Position numbers and translations under genes: made by a program
In this document: positions 27,758-41,371 of the stretch, one piece after another
Position numbering within the stretch: the stretch's first letter is position 1
Layout: every line of letters starts with the position of its first letter
Assembly (NCBI RefSeq): GCF_006345805.1
Contig: NC_043003.1
Span: forward strand, 49,910,001-49,974,000
Origin: Octopus sinensis
Taxonomy: Eukaryota
Reading direction: 5' to 3'
DNA: 64,000 bases
Notes under the pieces: model-generated
What the model was told of the DNA's origin: nothing
The model's database searches: none
Seen by the model: the letters and a program-made list of their open reading frames with translations, nothing else

Positions 27758-28385
27758 GCGGTCCCCGATCATTTTTTCAACTACGAACAGGCTTCATGCA
27801 AGACAATTTTTTCCACAGACCAGCGGAGCATGCGCATAACAAATAAAGAGCATACTATATAATTTAATTATTTTTTTATTTATTTATGCACCCTTTTCAA
27901 GCCTAGCCAGGCTCATGGGCCCGCTTCCCCGGTTTCTGTGGCGTATGTGTTCCCCCCAGCGGGACGAGACGCCAGTCTATCGCAGCGTTACTCAAGAAAC
28001 AGGAAGAGAGAGTGAGAGAAAGTTGGGGCGAAAGAGTACAATAGGGGTCGCCACCACCCCCATCCGGAGCCTCGTGGAGCTTTTAGGTGTTTTCGCTCAA
28101 TAAACACACACAACGCCCGGTCTGAGAATCGAAACCGCGACTCCGCTGCCCTAACCACTTGGCCATTGCGCCTCCACGCATATAATTTAATTATCACATA
28201 TATAATGCAGATATATTACATATATAATTCATGCAGAATACAAAACACTCTGCCGATTGGGATAGACAATAAAGTAGAAATTAGATTTAAAATCTAATTC
28301 GTTCTGTGCTGCCAGAGACCAAATAATCCACGACCCAGTACTGGTTCCCATCCCGTTGTTCGTTGATCACGTTAGATTGCCACAG
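27758..28385 (+). mobile_element. hAT-Charlie (MER1-like) non-autonomous element interrupted by a SINE
   Basis: Left end CAGCGGTCCCCGATC..CATGCAAGACAATTTTTTCCACAGAC resembles the MER1/Charlie3 terminus; right end is degenerate. Confidence 0.5.
27872..28179 (-). mobile_element. tRNA-derived SINE head B with tail X and a 15-bp TSD
   Basis: TSD ATATAATTTAATTAT at 27857-27871 and 28180-28194; A-rich tail. Relatives at approximately 24005-24310, 30205-30515(-), 35120-35385, 43270-43470(-) and 52065-52358. Confidence 0.9.
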
Positions 28386-29020
28386 TATTTTATGATTAAA
28401 GAAATTTCATGTCATTAGTGAGTTTAATATATAACATAATATAGAATTATGTATTCTAGTGTCACACAGGTCTTAAGTATTATGTAATAGCGAGTTTCAA
28501 TAATATAACTACTATATTCCTGGCATGCCAGGGTTTTAACTTGCGTTTGCCATTGTTGTTTAGATCTAGGTTAAGCCTAAATGACCAAACTTATGATGAA
28601 AGGTCTTTCAGCCATGATAAAAGTCAAAATTTACTTTGGTCTGCAGACATACAAAAATAATTAGCTTTTATTCGAATATGCATTCACTTCTCTGCAAGGT
28701 GGTAGTATTTATCAGTCATATTTTTACTTGAATTCTTTTCTTTTTCCGTTCTTTCATTCACCCTAGAAAATATGCAAGAATGATAGTTTCGACGTTTGAG
28801 AGAGCATGCTATAAACGTTTGAAATATGTAATCGAACAGAAAGAGTAAAATCGCGAACAAAGTAATTTTAATAATAAAACAAAAATTTTATTTTTATTTT
28901 AGATGATTGATAATTGGGTTAGATAACTTTAATTCTCACCACAAGTGATGCTTGGATAGTAAATATGTAACAGATCGCCAACCATATAACACACGCACAT
29001 ACATATTTATATATGCATAC

Positions 29021-29065
<45 letters not shown>

Positions 29066-29246
29066 CGTATGTGTGTGTGTACCGGTGAACGCTGTTGAAA
29101 CAATTCTAAATTAATCTCGTCATCTGTATACTAAATATATATACACAGTTCAAAGGCATGGTGCTGTGTTTTTTATCGGAGGGAAATCTCTTCACAGAGG
29201 TGAGCTAAAATCTCAATATAATAATAATAAGCTTTAAAAAGTGTTC

Positions 29247-29597
29247 ACCGTGTATTGACTAATGAAAATAGTCTAATATTGGGGGTATATAAGCCCTCGA
29301 CGGAAGAAAAGTGGGTATTAGTACACGTGGGGAACGAACCCACACTTCTCATATTCGTAATAAGTATGGTAACCGATTGCACCAACCCACCCACTGACTT
29401 TTCCCCGTTTAGATTTAAGAACTGTAATTTTATAGCGTTGTGTAAACAAACATGTGCGTTCTTAAATCTAAAGGGAAAAAAGTCGATGGATAGGCTGCTA
29501 TAATCGGTTAATACTCTTGCCGTGAATATAAAGTAGTTAGGTTCGATTCCCACGCGAACTATTACCCACTTTATTCTATCTTTAGCCAATACACGGT
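29247..29597. repeat. Diverged foldback element whose arms are tRNA-like
   Basis: Outer ACCGTGTATT/AATACACGGT and inner TTTAGATTTAAGAAC/GTTCTTAAATCTAAA inverted matches. Arms are roughly 70% identical by eye, and each has A-box-like and B-box-like motifs reading outward. Confidence 0.7.
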
Positions 29598-31003
29598 TTT
29601 TTTATTATTATTTACAGAATTTTCACTCATCACCATTTTTTTTTATTTAACGCAGAATATGTGTGTGTGTGTGTGTGTGTATGCGTGTGTGTGTGTGTGT
29701 GTATGTGTGTGTGTGTGTGTATGTGTGTGTGTGTGTGTATGCATCTATATTATATTAAAAATTAACTTCAATCTTGCAGTGTTACACAGCCAAACTGTCG
29801 CATAATGGGAAAATACTGTGAATTAAGCTCTCCTTAAATGTGAATAGAAACTGAATAGAACAAATTTCGCGTAAATCGAACAAATGGTTTTTGAGACATT
29901 GGCGGTTTGGGGGCGGAGCATTAATACCCAAAACGGTGCATAATGGGAAAATACTCCGAAAATAGCTTAATCCTGGAAGGGAAGAAACTCTAACCTTTCG
30001 ATTAGACACATTATGATGCACAAAGTCTTAGTAACTTGCCAACGAAAAGATACAAGTTCTTTTTTACAGTAAATGTTTCTACTTTCGCTTTTGTTAAACA
30101 CAATATCTTAATCATTTACGAAAGAGAATGTGATCCAAAAATGTGATTTCAAAAATGTAAGTTGTTTTTACAGTAAGTATTTCTATTTTTTTTAAGCAGA
30201 CCATAATTTATCTATGTGCCCTTTTCAAGCCTAGCCAGGCTATGGACCCAGTTTTCCGGTTTCTGTGGCGTATGTGTTCCTCGAGCTGGACGAACGCCAG
30301 TCCATCGCAGCGTTACCCAAGAAACAGGAAGAAAAAGTGAGGGAAAGTTGGGGCGAAAGAGTACAACAGGGCTTGCCACCACCCCCTGCCGGAGACTCGT
30401 AGAGCTTCTTTAGGTGTTTTCGCTCAATAAACACACACAACGCGCGGTCTGGGAATCGAAACCGCGATCCTCCGACCGCGAGTACGCTGCCCTAACCACT
30501 GGGCCATTACGCCTTCTGTATTATATATAGTTGTAAAATAATGCGAACATCATATGGATGCATATAGTAGATACTGTTTAATTGCAGCTTGCCCTTATTC
30601 AGTGTAACAGTATTATTCCTTATTCATTTTATATAGCAAGAGCCACATTGAATACGGGTTTGCATAGCATCAATCAAAGATACAGAGAGATATGAAGAGA
30701 TTGAGAAAGAGCAACTGGGACAAGAGAGCGTTCTTAACTCGGTACAAATAAATTCGCTCGAAGAGCATCACATATTTTGCCTGTGTTTACTCTTTTCTCC
30801 GTTAGACATCGGTGAAATATACGCGTAAACGTCTAGAGGGTTGGACCTAGTGTTCTGCATCTGTAAAACGTTTAGCAAAAGCAAACTTCAATCAAGCTGC
30901 CGATGCAAATATTTATCGTATGCAACATATGGTAAATATGATACATAGATTGGTAGACCGATAGATAGATTGGTATGAGACAGGTAGAGAAATAAGTAGT
31001 AAG

Positions 31004-31051
<48 letters not shown>

Positions 31052-31274
31052 CGGCGAGCTGGCAGAATCGTTAGCACGCCGGGCAAAATGCTTCGCAGTA
31101 TTCCGTCTGCCATTACGTTCTGAGTTCAAATTCAGCCGATGTCGACTTTGTCATTCATCCTTTCGGGGTAGATTAAATAAGTACCAGTTACACACTGGGG
31201 TCGATGTAATCGACTTAATCCCTTTGTCTATTCTCGTTTGTCCCTTCTATGTTAGCCCCCTGTCGGCAATAAAG

Positions 31275-31329
<55 letters not shown>

Positions 31330-31774
31330 TGTATGTATGTATGTATGTATGAATGTATGTATGTATGTATGTATGTATGTATGTATGTATATATGTATGT
31401 ATATATGTATGTATCCATACTGATATGTATAAATAATCGTATTCATGTACGTTTAAGTGTGTGTGTGTGTGCGTGTAAATACATACATCCAATTAGACAC
31501 ACACGAACAAACGCACAACTTCAATGAAATTCTGCATTAAAGTAAGAATCTTTGTTCGCGTTAGCGTGCTTATACTTTGGTCACATTCAATCTTTCTATC
31601 ACCCACTCCAGCCGACAACAATCTTCATTAATTCTTTGAGATTAAATGATTTCCAGAAACACGCACCTGTCCTGGTAATAAATATAGATATACGCCTCAT
31701 ATTTTGATTATATATGTATATATTTTGACTCATTTTATTGACTCAGGTCGTCTACATATACACATACACATACA

Positions 31775-31822
<48 letters not shown>

Positions 31823-32161
31823 CATACATACGTACATACATATACATATATATACATACATGCATGCACACACTCACACACACACACATACACACACGCA
31901 CTTATGTATATGGAAAGCAGAAACGCATACAATTCACAGATAGATCGTAATTTAGTTATTTTAACACCTGTTTCATCAGGAATAAACATCATTAATTCTA
32001 TAAATACATAAGATACATTATGTATTAATATAAATTAATTCAAACCATTTGTATCTCTGCCCCCCCCCCCTCTCTCTCTCTCTTCTCTATCTCGTTGACT
32101 CTTTCTCTTTATACATGTATATATCGGTGTATGCATGTATGTATATATATATATATAATAT

Positions 32162-32196
<35 letters not shown>

Positions 32197-32278
32197 TTCG
32201 TATTTCGTTTTCGTTTTTCTTGTTTCAGCTCAGAGCTGCGGCCATGCTGATGCACCGCCGTTTTGTGCTACACTGTTA

Positions 32279-32525
32279 TTACGAAGAGCCTCCTCTAATA
32301 TGTGTCACTTGGTGAAGAATGGAGTTTGATATAGCTACTCTCATTTGCACCTCTTGCTTTGAGGTAGGTTCATCTGGGACTCTCGACAGGAAGAGGTCCA
32401 GCTTTGATTTAAAAACCGCTACATCTACTTTGTGCAAGTTCCTCAGACTCTTTGGGAGAATATTAAAAAGCTGTGGGCCCTTGAAACTCAGGCTGTTGCA
32501 GTAGCTGGTCCTGAAGCGTGATGGC
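32279..32525 (-). mobile_element. 3' end of a CR1-group LINE ORF2
   Basis: NSLSFKGPQLFNILPKSLRNLHKVDVAVFKSKLDLFLSRVPDEP..AISNSILHQ, a typical C-terminus of CR1/L2/Crack/Daphne-type ORF2. Confidence 0.75.
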
Positions 32526-32768
32526 ATATATATACATATATATACATATATATATTTATTTATTCGTATAAATGTGTATATATCTGTGACCAAATACGTA
32601 TATGTACACGTGCATATATGCCGGCATGCATATGTGTATGTATGTATGTATGTATGTATGTATGTATGTATCTGTATATCTATGTATGTGTGTATGTATG
32701 TGTGTGTATATGTATGTATGTATTTATGTTTGTGCATGTATATGTGTATATATATATGTATGAGTGTG

Positions 32769-32800
<32 letters not shown>

Positions 32801-32914
32801 TGTATGTATGTATGTATGTATGTATGTATGTATGTGTATATCTATGTATGTGTGTATATGTATGTATGTATTTATGTTTGTGCATGTATATGTGTATATG
32901 TATGTATGAGTGTG

Positions 32915-32946
<32 letters not shown>

Positions 32947-33264
32947 TGTATGTATGTATGTGACTTAGTGGTTAGAGTAGTCGGCTTACGATCGTATGGT
33001 TGCGAGTTCAATTCGCGGCGGCGCGTTGTGTCCTTGAGTAAGAACACTTTATTTCGCGTTGCTCCAGTCCACCCGGGAAGCCAAAATGCTTAGTATTTGT
33101 ATTTCAAAAATCATCCTTTTCACGTTTTGTGTCACACTGAATCTCCCCGAGAACTACATGTGTCAGTGGAGTGCTCAGTCACCTGTATGTCAATTTCACG
33201 ATCAGGCTGTTCCGTTGATCGGATCAAGTGGGACCCTCGTCGTCGTGACAAACAGAGTGCCGGT

Positions 33265-33660
33265 TATGTGTGTATGTCGTAGAGCTGATAGTTCCTTGGA
33301 AAGTGAACATCAAAGACCTTTACCTCGGAAAAAGAGAGAAATTGCAAAAAATGGCTTGAAATCTGTGAAAACAATGGATGGGGAGCAATATGCCTTCCTG
33401 TGGAGACAGGTGTTAGAGGATTTATTGGAACTGCTGAGAAAGCAGGCTATTACATCCGGCTCAAGAGTGAATACGAGCAGCGCAGCAAGAACGAGCGATT
33501 AGGATGATACAAAACATATAAAATAGAGTGGGTGGCTCCGGGTAGCACTGGTGTCGCAGTAGACGGGGCCGAAATATCTGCATTTCTGTGCGACACCGCC
33601 TGATGCGACGTCGACTCCTGCAAACGGAGACCGATTACAACTGTATACTGAGGAGGCAAA
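33265..33660 (+). mobile_element. Decayed HERO-like non-LTR retrotransposon, restriction-like endonuclease C-terminus and 3' UTR
   Basis: VELIVPWKVNIKD..KREK followed by shifted ICENNGWGAICLPVETGVRGFIG, matching ELTVPWE..RK..KY..GW....PVEVG.RGF. Confidence 0.7.
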
Positions 33661-33978
33661 TGTTTATTCTACATGTGTACGTGTGCCTCTACATATTTAT
33701 GTGTACACACACACACACGCATATATATATATATATATAGTAGAATAATAAAGAGAAAGTTCTTGGTTCAGTATTGTATATATTTGAAAGAATGAGTAGA
33801 AATGAGTTGCGACGTCATTGGTGCCAAGCTGTATCAGCCCCTTTGCTTTTCCCTTGGATAACATCAGTGGCATGGAGTGGAGAGGCTGGTATGCATGAGC
33901 AACTGCTGGTCTTCCATAAACAACCTTGCCAAGACTTGTGGATCAGAAGGGAACCTTCTTGAGGCAATCCCATGGTCA

Positions 33979-34066
<88 letters not shown>

Positions 34067-34386
34067 GTGAGTGAGTGAGTGAGAAATGTCACTTCCGTCA
34101 TTGGACCGCAGTCTTTTATTCAACATGCTTAAAAAGGTACGATTGATCCCAGCACCTTTTTCTGTTACTTATTCTTTACTGAAACGCCAGGTAGGGGTGG
34201 GTGGGGCAAAAGCAAACCAGCACCGGTTGTCAAGTGGTGGGGGTGGCACAGAAACATGAACACACGCACACATGTGACAAACCTCTCTCCGTTTCCGCCT
34301 ACCAGATCCGTTCACGAGGTTTTTATCACCCCACATGTTACTGTATAGAGGACAGCTGATCCAAGATGTCACATAGTCGGACTACT

Positions 34387-34433
<47 letters not shown>

Positions 34434-35838
34434 ATATATATGTATGTGTATGTATGTACGTATGTTTGTATGTATATAAAATATGTGTATGTGTTGTGTG
34501 TGTGAGAGAGAGAGAGTCTTGTGTGTTCGTATGTATACATAACATACACACACTCACAGACTTACATTTCCCGTGACGAAAGATAAAGATATTCAGTCAA
34601 ATATTTAGTCTCTACTTAACAGTATTAGCTGCATTGTGACTGTTGACTTTGTAACAATGTACACAAATATATATAAATATATGCTTAAAATATACGTGTT
34701 CATTCTATATTTAATGTAATATATATGCGGTCTTCTTAACAACACGGCTATTACTGCGCCTATAGTTGTGCATATATTTTGTAATTGTTTTCCTATGATA
34801 GTACCAGTGGTTTTAATATCAATATCGCTGATTTTGGCTCGGGCAAAATTGCGTAACACACCATAAAACATATGAATTAATCAATTGTATATGAGAAAAT
34901 ATTTCTGGCTTTGCTTTGAAACAATTTTGTAGTTATAACCTCTGGAGAGAGAATAACTAATTGACAAATCTACAGTAACAGATGATTTATTCTGGATATT
35001 GTCTGATGTTTATAAACACAGACTGATTGAGGGGTGGGAGAGCGAGAGCGAGAGGGAGAGGTGGACAAGACGAAAAGCGAAGGGAGAAGAAGATAAAGGA
35101 GTAAATAAAGTCTGAGTGAGTGGAGGCGCAATGGCTCAGTGGTTAGGGCAGCGGACTCGCCGTCGGAGGATCGCGGTTTCGATTCCCAGACCGGGCATTG
35201 TGTGTGTTTATTGAGCGAAAACACCCTGTTGTACGCTTTCGCCACAACTTTCTCTCACTCTCTCTTCCTGTTTCTTGAGTAACGCTGCGATGGATTGGCG
35301 TCTCGTCCAGCTGGGGGGAACACATACGCCACAGAAACCGGGAAACCGGGCCCATGAGCCTGGCTAGGCTTGAAAAGGGCGAAGGAAGGAAGGAAAGTCA
35401 GAGAGAGAGAGAGAGAGCAATGTAAGGGTCTAACCCTTCTAATGCCGCTGAGACATCGATGTCGAAATCGCGATCCTTTAGTACTGCGGTTCTCAACTGG
35501 GGTTCGTATGACTCTTGGGGTGGGGTGGAAGGGTCAGTATGACCCTTGGAGGCCCATATAAGATTATGATGTTAAATAGGTTATACTTCTACAATACACA
35601 AAATATTCTATCATGTATTCTCTACTTGCTTCAGTCATTAGACTGCGGCCATGCTAGAGCACCGCTTTCAGGAATTTCTTTTTAGTCGAACTAATTGACC
35701 CCAGTACGTATTTCCCTTTTAAGCCTGTTAATTGTTAATTATTCTATCGGTCTCTTTTGTCGAACTGCTAAGTTACGGGGAAGTAAACACAAAAAATACC
35801 GGTTGTCATACACACATACACATTTATATATATATATA

Positions 35839-35881
<43 letters not shown>

Positions 35882-36103
35882 TATATATATTATTGTTGTT
35901 GCTGTTGTTGTTGTTGTTTGTTCCTTCTCGAGCCACGCCTGGCTCATAGGGCCGGCTTCCCGGTTTCCCTGGCGTATAGGACTGGACGCCGGTCCGTCGC
36001 AGGTGAACTGCAAGGTGCAGGAAGAAAGCGTGAGAGGAAATTGTGGCGAAAGAGTCAGCAGAAGTTCGCTGCTCTAACCACAGGGCCAAGTGCCTTCACA
36101 CAC

Positions 36104-36138
<35 letters not shown>

Positions 36139-36796
36139 AGTGAAGCGTTCCATATTTTATAAAAGGTGCAGAAATGGCTGTGGTAAGAAGCTTGCTTCCC
36201 AACCGCATGCTTCTAGGTTCAATTTCACTGCTTAGCACCCTAGGCGAGTGTCTTCTACAATAGCCTCGAGACGACCAAAGATCTGTGAGTGGATTTGGTA
36301 GACAGAAACTGAAAGGAACCCGTCGTAATATATATATATTCTTTTGTTCTTTTATTCTTTTACTTTTTTCGGTCATTTGACTGCGACCATGCTGGAAGAC
36401 CGCCTTTACTCGAACAAATCGCCCTCAGGACTTATTCTTTGTAAGACTAAAGGCGGTGCTCCAAAATGGCCGCAGTCAAATGACTGAAACTAGTAAACGA
36501 TAAAAAGTTATCTAAAACGTTCCATTCTTATCAATCCTAATTGTGTGTGTGTGTGTGTGTGTGTGTGTTTTAACCCTAGTTCGGCTCTAATCGAGAGTTG
36601 CAATCATCAATAATGTTCCATCCACGACAGTCTCTGCCTTGTTTTTGTTTTGGGACCAGAGTTAGTCTTTATCGAGCAGCCCTATGATCTGAGGCGTTGC
36701 AGCCTTGACCATTCTGAAATCTTTTTGCTTTATTTAAGCCTTATTCAATAGCATACCGACTGTGATCTTCCAAAGATCATTCCACCCACACAGTCA

Positions 36797-37050
36797 AGGC
36801 GCGTGGCTTAGGGGTTAGGGTGTCAGCACCATGATCGTAAGATTGTGGTTTCGATTCCTGGACCGGGCGACGCGTAGTGTTCTTAAGCAAAACACTTCAT
36901 TTCACGTTGCTCCAGTCCACTCAGCTGGCAAAAATGAGTAATTCTGCGACGGACCGGCGTCCCGTCCAGGTGAGGAATTTATTCTATTCGCCATGGAAAC
37001 CGGGAACCCGGCCGTTATGAGTCGGCATGATTCGAGAAGGTAACTTTATT
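36797..37050 (+). mobile_element. CORE-like SINE, head C with tail X
   Basis: tRNA-like head, then GTGTTCTTAAGCAAAACACTT..CCAGTCCACTCAGCTGGCAAAAATGAGT. Relatives at approximately 25245-25420, 32962-33260, 40092-40417, 51465-51705, 51811-52058 and 60114-60426. Confidence 0.8.
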
Positions 37051-38722
37051 TACTATTCCACCCCATCTCTCAGGTGCAATGCAGCTTACGACTACATTAT
37101 CCAGTGTGATTCTTACATGACAGTAATTTGGGTAGCGAGTTGGCAGAGTCATTAAAGCCTTGGGTAGAACGTCTCGCGGCATTTATTCCGTGTCTCTGCA
37201 TTCTGAGTTTAAATCTTACCACGTTCAACTTTGCCTTTTATCCTCTAGAGGTCGATAAAAAAAAACTACTAATCCATGGTGATGAATTGGCTGAACAACA
37301 GTTCAGGTCGTTGTGTAGCAGTATCTGTTCTGACTCTTTGAGTTCTGATAGCAATAATTGCAATGACATTGGTGCCAAGAGATATCGGCCTTTTCCTTTA
37401 ACAAACATCGGTGGCATGGAGACGGGGTGACTTGTATGTATGAGCAACTGCTTGTCTTCCTCAAGAACGAACCAAAATCTTGCTCGAACCTATGCATACA
37501 TATGCATGGGCCATGTCTGGTCCAGTAGCGTAGCTGCAGTGGTGGAAGGCAAGGAGCACTCCGACCCAGCCGACGCTTTTATGAGGGCGACCCTTTCGGG
37601 TTCGCTGTATAAGCCTGTATAGAATTGGAGGTACGGGGTGAGCGGCAAAATCAAGAGCTACCCCAAGCAGCATACACTCTAGCCACGCCACGGGTCAACT
37701 AACTGAAGCTCTATACAGAGTGTATAATTTAAGCGAGATTCGGCCGTTATTTCTAACAGTGTCGCTAACTCACATAGAGGCTCCCACATAGAATCGGTGA
37801 ACAGAATCATGTTTGCCTCAGATCCGCTTTAAAGCAAGCTTTTAACCAAAGACAATCCAACCGTGATCATCTCATTGATTTTTTTTCTTCTTTTAAGCAT
37901 TGATATCTATGACCACAATATTTGACATGTCCTGTCTTTTACAACGACAGGTTGGCACTTGTGTGAAATTTTGCGCTATTATTCACTCTCCAAAGAACTC
38001 TCCAAAACTTTTCTCTTTCCCAGGAGGAGAAGTTTGTCTGGAACGCTGGTAATTTCCCTTTATTACGACTTCCCAACTTAAGTAATTTTAAGTCTTTCCA
38101 ATAAATGTGATTTGTGCCGATGCAAACCACGTCAATTCTCCTTGGATACAGGATTTTTTTTTTACCTATAATTAATTATATCATATTTGGTTGTTTAGTA
38201 AAGATTTTATATGATTTTTCATGCGTGATGTTAGTAGTAAGTCTGCCAATAGATTTAATGGCCTAATAATAATGATGATAATAATAATAACAATAATGAT
38301 AATAATAATAGTAATGATAATAATAATATTAATAGTAGTAGTAGTAGTAGTATTGTTGTGATAGTATAGAGAGAGTCTCAAGTGTTGTATGATCTTTGTA
38401 TGTCGTATTTGTTATGGAGTCCGTTAATTGAATAATTTCACATCTTTCACTCATATTACCTACACGCGTATGTATGTAATATGTATGTACGTACGTATCT
38501 ATGTACGCATATATGTATGTGTGTATCTATGTCTGTTTGTATGTATGTGTGTGTATATATGTGTGTGTGTGTGCAAGTATTATATATTTATCAAACCTAC
38601 CTACGTATACACACAGACACGCACACACACACATGCACACATACACACATATATATTGTATATATGTATATAAATATAGCTTGATATATACATCATATAT
38701 ATATATATATATGTATATTTGC

Positions 38723-38778
<56 letters not shown>

Positions 38779-38940
38779 GCATATATATATATGCATATAT
38801 ATATATGTGTGTGTGTGTGTTTATGTGTGTGTATGTATGTATGTATGTAAAAGAAAAGCAAAAACAACAAAAGTCAAAAGAACATACACAGCGAATGTAT
38901 CGGGGTGACGCTCAGTTCAAGATTTAAAAAAAAACAGGGC

Positions 38941-38979
38941 GTGTGTGACGTTTCGAGAATTGCTTCTTCGTCAGAAAGA
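38941..38979 (-). ncRNA. Hammerhead-like motif with canonical CUGACGA core in a Penelope-like terminal fragment (~38880-39110)
   Basis: Minus strand TCTTT CTGACGA A GAAGCAATTCTC GAAAC GTC; stem II imperfect and stem I pairing lost. Confidence 0.45.
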
Positions 38980-40439
38980 GGAAAGAAAAAAGGTTCAGAG
39001 AGAAGGAAAAGAATAGTCGGAGAAAAGCGCGTGTATGATTTCTTGGTCGAAATGACGGGAAGTGGAAAGAAATAGAGAAAGTAGCATTTAAAGGTAGGAA
39101 AGTGCAAAAATGGCCGGTGTGTATGTGTGTGTGTTTGTGGTAGTATCTCTGTTCGTGTATGTTTGAGTTAATGTGAGTGATGTATGTGTGAAGGGAGTGG
39201 TGCTAGCAGCAGCAGTTAGATTCGGTGATGAGAGGCGAGGTGACATGTAAGTGTGTTGTTGTTGCTGTGTGTACGTATGAGTTTGTGCATGTGGGGATGT
39301 ATATGTGTGTGTATACATGTCTGAGTATGCGAGTGTGTGTATTGGTATGGATAAGGGGATTTGATACATGCCAGGATATTGAAACGTGTGTGTCTGTGTG
39401 CGGATGGTATTTATGTTGTATATGGAGTCGCAAGCTGTGCATATAGGTGTGTTGATGTGTTTGAAAGATGAATCAAAAATATAAAATAGGTTAAATCAAA
39501 ATTTGAAATGATATTAAATCATAAAATTGATAAATTTAATTAAATTTTAAAAGGTATGTGGAAGATGTTACAGAAAGGAGGGGTTGCCCAGTCCAATTGG
39601 TATATGGGTTCGAAGAGAGAAGGTGTAGCGTTGTTCGAGGCGAAGTCTAGTGCTGATGGATCCATGGTGCAAGATCAGGCCGAAGACACTAAGGTGTGCA
39701 TGGAGTAGCCGACAGAGCTATGGGATTATTTTTATGCAGGTGGATAAGCACAGCTGTATAGTAAGAAGTTTGCTTCCTTACCACTTGGTCCAGAGTTCCT
39801 TACCACATGGTCCTTGTGCAAGTGTTTTCTACTATAGTAGGCGCAGGCGTGGCTATGTGGAGGCGTAGGCGTGGCTGTGTGGAACTGCAGGAGTGACTCT
39901 GTGGTCAGAAGCTTGCTCCCCGACCACATGGTTCGGAGTTCAGTCCCACTATGTGAACCTTGGGCGATTGTCTTCTGATATAGCCTCGGGTCGACTAAAG
40001 CCTTGTGAGTGGATTTGGTAAACGGCAACTGAAAGCATCCCGTCGTATATATGTGTGTGTATGTATGTATGTATATATATAGACATATATAGCGAAGGCA
40101 TGTAGATTAGTGTTTAAGGCGTTCGGCCCACGATCGTACGGTCATGAGTTCAATTCCTGGTGATGCGTTGTGTCCTTGAGTAAGACACTTTATTTCATGT
40201 TGTTCCAGTCAACTCAGCTGGCAAAAATGAGTTGTACCTATATTTCAAAGAGCCGGCCTTGTCACACTTTGTGTCACGCTGAATCTCCCTGAGAACTACG
40301 TTAAGAGTACACGTGTCTGTGGAGTGCACAACCACTTGCAGGTTAATTTCACGAACAGGTTGTTCCGTTGACCGTATCAGCTGGGACCCTCGTCGTCGTA
40401 ACTGACAGTGTGCTCCTTTTTAGACATATGTATATATAT

Positions 40440-41289
40440 ATTTATATATGAGGATAATATCGATGTTTAAGTGTCGAAATTATCAAGTGGCCAGCATGAA
40501 AGAAATACCTTACAAAGGTAAAAAAATTTTTAACAATTAAAAATGAGGGTGTCTAAAAGACACCAACATGCCGAATAGCAGTCGAAACTCTGACTATAAA
40601 ACCACGTTAAATGTTCATATCGCACCATGAGGTAAAGCGGAGGGACAAAACATACAAGCAAAAATTATTGAATAATTCAAGATCCAAGGATTTCTGGTTC
40701 TGCTTTAAATAAGCTTTACCGTCATCAATTGAATATATCAAGGGTACATAAATACAGATATATATATGCACAGCAAACGATATACTTACACATATGAGCG
40801 TCGTACATACATACATATTTTTTACCTTTGTAAGGTATTTCTTTCATGCTGGCCACTTGATAATTTCGACACTTAAACATCGATATTATCTTCATATATA
40901 AATTTATATAATTCGTTATTATATTCACTGCGGTGCTTATTTTAACCATATCGTAATTATGCGGTGATTTGGCGGGCGATTCAAACTGGCTGTGTCCATA
41001 CGTGCATATGTATGTATGTACGACGCTCGTATGTGTAAGTATATCGTTTGCTGTGCATATATATATCTGTATTTATGTACCCTTGATATATTCAATTGAT
41101 GACGGTAAAGCTTATTTAAAGCAGAACCAGAAATCCTTGGATCTTGAATTATTCAATAATTTTTGCTTGTATGTTTTGTCCCTCCGCTTTACCTCATGGT
41201 GCGATATGAACATTTAACGTGGTTTTATAGTCAGACTTTCGACTGCTATTCGGCATGTTGGTGTCTTTTAGACACCCTCATTTTTAATT
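40440..41289. repeat. Interleaved inverted duplication A-B-A'-spacer-B'
   Basis: A 40440-40526 pairs with A' 40818-40903; B 40535-40818 pairs with B' 41006-41289. At least 3 substitutions in total. Confidence 0.95.
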
Positions 41290-41321
41290 ATATATATATT
41301 ATATATATATATATATATATA

Positions 41322-41371
<50 letters not shown>

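Noticed and set aside
31940-31985. CTGATGA-AACAGGTGTT-AAAA on the minus strand
   Set aside because: It lacks GAAA and has no stem III or cleavage triplet.
34785-34852. LFSYDSTSGFNINIADFGSGK, resembling a kinase DFG motif
   Set aside because: It is bounded by stops, has no upstream HRD motif in frame, and no other kinase exons were found; likely chance.
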